A stretch of 64,000 bases of DNA from Candidatus Parcubacteria bacterium (GTDB taxonomy: Bacteria; Patescibacteriota; Minisyncoccia; UBA6257; 2-01-FULL-56-20). Made by a program: the position numbers and the translations under genes. The notes under the pieces were generated by a model. That model was not told where the DNA came from, did not search any database, and saw only the letters and a list, made by a program, of their open reading frames with translations. How positions within the stretch are numbered: the stretch's first letter is position 1; every line of letters starts with the position of its first letter. Location: contig DAIEHA010000002.1 in NCBI GenBank assembly GCA_027355945.1, positions 15,071 through 79,070 of the forward strand, written 5' to 3'. Shown piece by piece: positions 59,068 through 64,000 of this stretch.

Positions 59068-60348
59068 ATGTCCATGAAGAAAAAAGCGGCAGTCATCGCA
59101 GTAGGCATCGTAGCCGCGGGTGCGTTCGGGTTCGCGTTCCGTGGCGCCATCATCGCACGCGCCGCCACAAACCCCTTTTCTACGTTTTGGAGCGATCTCA
59201 CGCGTCCGTTCGCGGGCGGAGGGTCCGGCGCCGTTACGGGAGGAAGCTCCTCGACCTCCGTGCCGCTCTATTCTCCCGTCGACCAATATGAGAGTGACGT
59301 GATGAGCGCGGTGAAGAACGTATCGCCTGCGGTCGTCTCGATCGTCATCTCGGAGAACGTACCCATCACCCAGAACTGCCCCAGCGATTTTTTCTACGGT
59401 TTTCCCCAGGGATTCTCGCAATTCTTCGGGAATCTTCCGACGTCCACTTCGTGTACGACGGGAAAGACCCAGCTTGAACAGGTGGGCGGAGGTTCGGGGG
59501 TCATCATCTCCTCGAGCGGGCTCATCCTCACGAACAAGCATGTCGTCGCAAATGCGAATGCCCAGTATTCCGTGATCATGAGCGACGGGAAGACCTATGC
59601 CGCCAAGGTGCTCGCGCGGGATCCCAATCAGGATCTCGCAGTGATCAAGATCGATGCCACGGGCCTTCCGACGGTCACCCTTGGGGATTCGAACGGCCTC
59701 CAGCTCGGTCAAACGGCGATCGCGATCGGCAATGCACTCGGCCAGTACTCGAACACCGTGTCCGTGGGCGTCGTGTCCGGACTTGAGCGTACCGTGACCG
59801 CGGCATCGCCCGATACGGGCGCTCAGGAGACCCTTACCGGGGTCATCCAGACCGATGCGGCGATCAACCCGGGCAATTCGGGCGGGCCGCTCGTCGACCT
59901 CCGCGGAGACGTGATCGGCATCGATACTGCGATCGCGTCGAACGCCCAGAACATAGGGTTCGCGATCCCCATCGATCAGGCAAAATCGGCGATCGCGTCC
60001 GTGGAGTCTACTGGGCAGATCAAAGTGCCTTATCTCGGCGTCCGCTATGAACCCGTGACCGCCGCCCTTGCCGCCGCGAAGAAGCTCCCCATCTCGTATG
60101 GCGCGCTTGTGACCGCGGGCACCTCGGGCAAGCCGGCCGTCACCGCCAATTCGCCGGCGGAGGCGGCGGGCATCAAAGCGGGGGATATCATAGAGTCCGT
60201 GAACGGGACCCAGATCGATGCCAGTAACGACCTTGCGAATCTCATCGACCAGTATTCGGTGGGTGATACCGTGACGCTCGTCATCGATCGCGCCGGCAAG
60301 ACGCTCACGCTCACACTCACGCTCGCGGAGCGTCCTGCGGGTGTCTGA
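59068..60348 (+). CDS. htrA: HtrA/DegP-type serine protease with PDZ domain
   Basis: TNKHVV, DLAVIK, IQTDAAINPGNSGGPL. Confidence 0.95.
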   Translation: MSMKKKAAVIAVGIVAAGAFGFAFRGAIIARAATNPFSTFWSDLTRPFAGGGSGAVTGGSSSTSVPLYSPVDQYESDVMSAVKNVSPAVVSIVISENVPITQNCPSDFFYGFPQGFSQFFGNLPTSTSCTTGKTQLEQVGGGSGVIISSSGLILTNKHVVANANAQYSVIMSDGKTYAAKVLARDPNQDLAVIKIDATGLPTVTLGDSNGLQLGQTAIAIGNALGQYSNTVSVGVVSGLERTVTAASPDTGAQETLTGVIQTDAAINPGNSGGPLVDLRGDVIGIDTAIASNAQNIGFAIPIDQAKSAIASVESTGQIKVPYLGVRYEPVTAALAAAKKLPISYGALVTAGTSGKPAVTANSPAEAAGIKAGDIIESVNGTQIDASNDLANLIDQYSVGDTVTLVIDRAGKTLTLTLTLAERPAGV

Positions 60349-60355
60349 TACGCCA

Positions 60356-60405
60356 TTAGCAATCCCTCCGCTTGATTGACAATCCCGATCACGAAGGAGT
60401 ATAAT
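60356..60405 (+). promoter_or_regulatory. clpB promoter with degenerate CIRCE
   Basis: TTGACA (60376)-18 nt-TATAAT (60400); TTAGCAATC-N9-GATTGACAA overlaps the -35. Confidence 0.7.
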
Positions 60406-60476
60406 GAAAACAAAGTGAGGAGGGTTGGCCCCGCAATCCGCCGCCTCCGATCCATCATCATCACTATCAATATCCA

Positions 60477-63188
60477 ATGCCCAACTTCCATCGTTTCACC
60501 ATCAAAGCCCAGGAGGCGCTCCAGAACGCCCAGGAGATCGCCGCAAAGAAAAATCATGGGGAGCTCAAATCGCTCCACCTTCTCGCTGCGCTTCTCGAGG
60601 ATGAACAGTCACTCGTGATCCCCGTGCTTGAGCGTTCCGGCGTGGATATCGAACGGCTCGATGAGCAGGTGGAAGAGGAGCTGGACCGCATCCCGCCCAT
60701 CCTCTCGAATTCCGCGGTCGGCCAGCTGTACCTCTCGCAGGAGCTCATGCGCGTGCTCGACCAGGCCGCGAAGATCGCGGCGCAGCAGAAGGACGAGTTC
60801 GTTTCGTGCGAGCACTTCCTTCTCGCGCTCCTCGATATCCCCGGTGCAGCGAAATCGCTCCTCGAGAAGTTCGGCATACGGCGCGAACAGGCGTTCCGCG
60901 TCCTTGCCCAGCTCCGCGGTTCGGTCCGCGTGACGGACGAGACGCCGGAGACCAAATTCCAGGTGCTTGAAAAATATGCCATCAATCTGAGCGAGAAGGC
61001 CAAGGCCGGCCAGCTCGATCCCGTCATCGGACGCGAAGAAGAGCTCCGGCGCCTCATGCAGGTGCTCTCCCGCCGCACCAAGAACAATCCGTGCCTCATC
61101 GGCGAGCCGGGCGTCGGCAAGACCGCCATCGTGGAAGGCCTCGCCCAGCGCATCGCGTCGGGCGACGTACCCGAGCTTCTCAAGGGCAAGCAGGTGCTCA
61201 TGCTCGATCTCGGATCGCTCATCGCGGGCACCAAGTTCCGCGGCGAGTTCGAGGACCGTCTGAAGGCCTTCGTAAAGGAAATCAAGAATTCCGCGGGCCA
61301 GATCATCCTTTTTATCGACGAGATCCATACGATCGTGGGCGCAGGCGCCGCCGAAGGCGCCATCGATGCATCGAATCTCCTGAAGCCGGCGCTCGCCCGG
61401 GGCGAGCTCCACGCGATCGGTGCGACGACCATCCGCGAATATCAGAAATATATAGAGAAGGATCCCGCACTCGAACGGCGCTTCCAGCCCATCACGGTGG
61501 AGGAGCCTTCCATCGAGGATTCCATTTCCATCCTCCGGGGGCTCAAGGAGAAGTACGAGATCCATCACGGGATGCGCATCAGCGACGAAGCGATCGTGGA
61601 AGCCGTGAACCTTTCCGCCCGCTATATCACCGACCGGTTCCTTCCCGACAAGGCGGTGGATCTCATCGATGAGGCCGCCGCCGCGCGGCGCCTCGAATCG
61701 GAGAGCCTTCCGAAGGAAATCGACGGCATCCGCAGGGACATCACGCGCCTCGAAGTGGAGAAGCAGGCGCTTCTTCAGGAAGGGGAGAGCCCGCGCACCG
61801 CGGAGCGCCTCAAGGAGATCGAGGTCCAGCTTGCCAAGCGCAAGGAGGATAACGACGAGCTTTCGAGCAAGTGGCATTCGGAGAAGATCAAATTCGAAAC
61901 GCTCCATCAGCTGCGGCAGAAAGTGGAGAACCTGAAGCGAGAGGCGGAGGTCGCCGAACGCGAGGGGAATCTCGAGCGCGTGGCGCAGATCATCTACGGC
62001 GAACTTCCCGTGGCGGAAAAGGACTTCCAGATGTTCGAAAAGAAGAACTTCGGCGCGCCGTCCGCCGCCGCGCGTCGCCGCGCCGCCGCACATAAGGCGG
62101 CCGCAGGCACCGACGCCGATGCGCCGTCCGCCGCCCGCACCGCCGCATCCGCGGACCGTTTCCTTAAAGAGGCCGTGGACAAGGAAGATGTGGCCGCGGT
62201 TGTGTCCGTGTGGACCGGCATTCCCCTCAAGCGCATGCTCGAGACCGAGACCGATAAGCTGATCCGCATCGAGGACGTGCTTCGCGAACGGGTGATCGGC
62301 CAGGAGGAGGGGATCACCGCCATCGCGTCCGCGCTTCGCCGCGCCCGCGCCGGCCTTTCGGACGCCAACCGCCCCATCGGATCGTTCATGTTCCTCGGTC
62401 CCACGGGCGTCGGCAAGACCGAGCTTGCCCGCGCGCTCGCCGAGTTCATGTTCAATGACGAAAAGGCGCTCATCCGGGTGGATATGTCCGAATACATGGA
62501 GCGCCATGCGACGAGCCGCCTCGTGGGATCGCCCCCGGGCTACGTGGGCCACGAAGAGGGCGGCCAGCTCACCGAGAAGATCCGTCATCGTCCCTACAGC
62601 GTCATTCTGTTCGACGAGATCGAAAAAGCGCACCCCGAGGTGTTCAATCTCCTCCTTCAGGTTCTCGACGAAGGGCGCCTTACCGACAGCAAAGGCAAGA
62701 CGGTGAATTTCAAGAACTCGATCATCATCATGACCTCGAACGTCGGAAGCCAGTATCTCCGCGCAATGTCCCGCATCGGGTTCAGCGCGGAAGGCGCGGC
62801 GGGATCCGCCGAGGAAGTGGATTACAAGGACAAGGTCATGGAATCCCTCCGCCAGAGCTTCCGGCCCGAGTTTCTCAACCGTATCGACGAGATCGTCGTT
62901 TTTAATCCGCTCCATAAGGCGGATATCGAGAAGATCGTGGACATCCAGCTCGGCCGCATCGGGCAGCAGATTGCCGACCGGAATATCCGTCTCGATATCG
63001 GTCCCGATGCCCGCGCATATCTCGCAAAAGAGGGATTCAGTCCGGAATTCGGCGCGCGGCCCCTCAAACGCCTCATCCAGAAGGTCATCCTCGACAGACT
63101 TGCGGACAAACTCATCCGTGGGGAGGTGAAGGAGGGCGGAAAGATCAAGGTGGGATTCAAGGCAAACGCGCTTACCTTCACGCCGTAA
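60477..63188 (+). CDS. clpB: Chaperone ClpB
   Basis: Clp N domain, GEPGVGKT, long middle coiled coil, [16 protein letters not shown]. Confidence 0.96.
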   Translation: MPNFHRFTIKAQEALQNAQEIAAKKNHGELKSLHLLAALLEDEQSLVIPVLERSGVDIERLDEQVEEELDRIPPILSNSAVGQLYLSQELMRVLDQAAKIAAQQKDEFVSCEHFLLALLDIPGAAKSLLEKFGIRREQAFRVLAQLRGSVRVTDETPETKFQVLEKYAINLSEKAKAGQLDPVIGREEELRRLMQVLSRRTKNNPCLIGEPGVGKTAIVEGLAQRIASGDVPELLKGKQVLMLDLGSLIAGTKFRGEFEDRLKAFVKEIKNSAGQIILFIDEIHTIVGAGAAEGAIDASNLLKPALARGELHAIGATTIREYQKYIEKDPALERRFQPITVEEPSIEDSISILRGLKEKYEIHHGMRISDEAIVEAVNLSARYITDRFLPDKAVDLIDEAAAARRLESESLPKEIDGIRRDITRLEVEKQALLQEGESPRTAERLKEIEVQLAKRKEDNDELSSKWHSEKIKFETLHQLRQKVENLKREAEVAEREGNLERVAQIIYGELPVAEKDFQMFEKKNFGAPSAAARRRAAAHKAAAGTDADAPSAARTAASADRFLKEAVDKEDVAAVVSVWTGIPLKRMLETETDKLIRIEDVLRERVIGQEEGITAIASALRRARAGLSDANRPIGSFMFLGPTGVGKTELARALAEFMFNDEKALIRVDMSEYMERHATSRLVGSPPGYVGHEEGGQLTEKIRHRPYSVILFDEIEKAHPEVFNLLLQVLDEGRLTDSKGKTVNFKNSIIIMTSNVGSQYLRAMSRIGFSAEGAAGSAEEVDYKDKVMESLRQSFRPEFLNRIDEIVVFNPLHKADIEKIVDIQLGRIGQQIADRNIRLDIGPDARAYLAKEGFSPEFGARPLKRLIQKVILDRLADKLIRGEVKEGGKIKVGFKANALTFTP

Positions 63189-63225
63189 CGCGGGAAGGAT
63201 CCCCTTGCGGACCCTTCGCTATTCC

Positions 63226-63253
63226 AAAGGCCCTTCCTTCCGGAAGGGCCTTT
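63226..63253 (+). terminator. clpB terminator
   Basis: AAAGGCCCTTCC-TTCC-GGAAGGGCCTTT. Confidence 0.7.
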
Positions 63254-63278
63254 GCGATATGGTATAGTCTACTTATAT

Positions 63279-64000
63279 ATGTTCGATACGCTCATAGAAC
63301 GTCTCCGGCCTTTGCGGGGAACGATGGTTCGTGCGCTCGCTTTCGGGCTTGCGTGGGCCATTCTCCCTTCCTGGCTTTTTGTCATCCTTGCCCTCTATCT
63401 CTTCTTCGTGCCTCCCGCGCAGGCGGGCACGGTCATCGTTCCCTTTATCGTCCTCCTCGGTCTTGCGCTTCTCACGCCGGGAGGATCCCTCCTTGCCGTC
63501 GTATTCGGCCTCCTTTTCTGGTATATCCTTCTTATCAAGGAGTTGTACCTCATCGACAGGAAGACCGCCTATGAGGTCCTTTCCTTCGTGCTCGTGTTCC
63601 TCGTGTTCCGCCTTTTCTATGACCGGCTCGGCGGCGGGGCCGATGCGGCGACCTTCTTCTTCGCCGCACTTGCCGCAATCGTCACCGGGATGCTTTTTTC
63701 GAGCTTCATTGCCGCATTCATGCCGGATCGTCCCGCGGAGGAATCCGGCAATGCCGCTTCCGCCGTCCGCCGGTTGCGGAGGGTCGCCTCGGCAACCATC
63801 GCATTTCTCGTGTTCGAGATCCTTCTTGCCGGACTTTTCCTTCCTCTCGATTTCATCTATCAGACGGCGGTGACCTTTCTTATCGCGCTCCTTCTCATGG
63901 ACCTTGCCGCGCGGCATCTCCTTGAGGGGCCCCTCTCCCGGGAGAGGATCCTTATTGTTTCGGGTACGGTAGGCGCCCTCCTCGTCATTCTCCTCGGTTC
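63279..64000 (+). CDS. Multi-pass membrane protein (3' truncated by window)
   Basis: MFDTLIERLRPLRGTMVRALAFGLAWAILP...; hydrophobic, appears open to the window end; absent from the ORF track. Confidence 0.75.
   Translation, partial: MFDTLIERLRPLRGTMVRALAFGLAWAILPSWLFVILALYLFFVPPAQAGTVIVPFIVLLGLALLTPGGSLLAVVFGLLFWYILLIKELYLIDRKTAYEVLSFVLVFLVFRLFYDRLGGGADAATFFFAALAAIVTGMLFSSFIAAFMPDRPAEESGNAASAVRRLRRVASATIAFLVFEILLAGLFLPLDFIYQTAVTFLIALLLMDLAARHLLEGPLSRERILIVSGTVGALLVILLG

Noticed and set aside
1-64000. Alternative genetic code (TGA = Gly)
   Set aside because: TGA ends conserved genes such as glyA and gyrA at expected lengths, and there are no in-frame TGA interruptions.

Overview
Chromosomal segment of a small-genome bacterium, most likely Patescibacteria/CPR (Parcubacteria-like), using the standard genetic code (TGA = stop). 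The taxonomy is inferred from gene content and order: gyrA-SBP-pilin cluster, xer-rpsO-NYN-pnp, recA-rodZ-ftsK and leaderless genes. Core genes include hppA, clpP, ftsH, glyA, folD, rpsA, gyrA, rpsO, pnp, recA, ftsK, a cysteine desulfurase, htrA and clpB. There are seven tRNA genes, one of them the rare tRNA-Ile(UAU). The most striking feature is a ~12 kb accessory region (about 12.5-24.65 kb) attached to the 3' end of tRNA-His. It is divided by three ungapped 31-bp att-like repeats that share the core GGGTGCC with the tRNA acceptor end and read like recombinase C-terminal relics. This looks like an integron-like stack of cassettes with no intact integrase. The largest cassette is a CsoR-regulated copper/thiol locus with three operators, a CPD-motif P1B ATPase, a SCO-like CxxxC redoxin, CcdA and several Cys-tailed small proteins. 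Also notable are a five-pilin cluster that includes a pilin-Zn-peptidase fusion, and two contrasting translation-initiation regimes. All calls come from reading the sequence by eye; no database searches were run.
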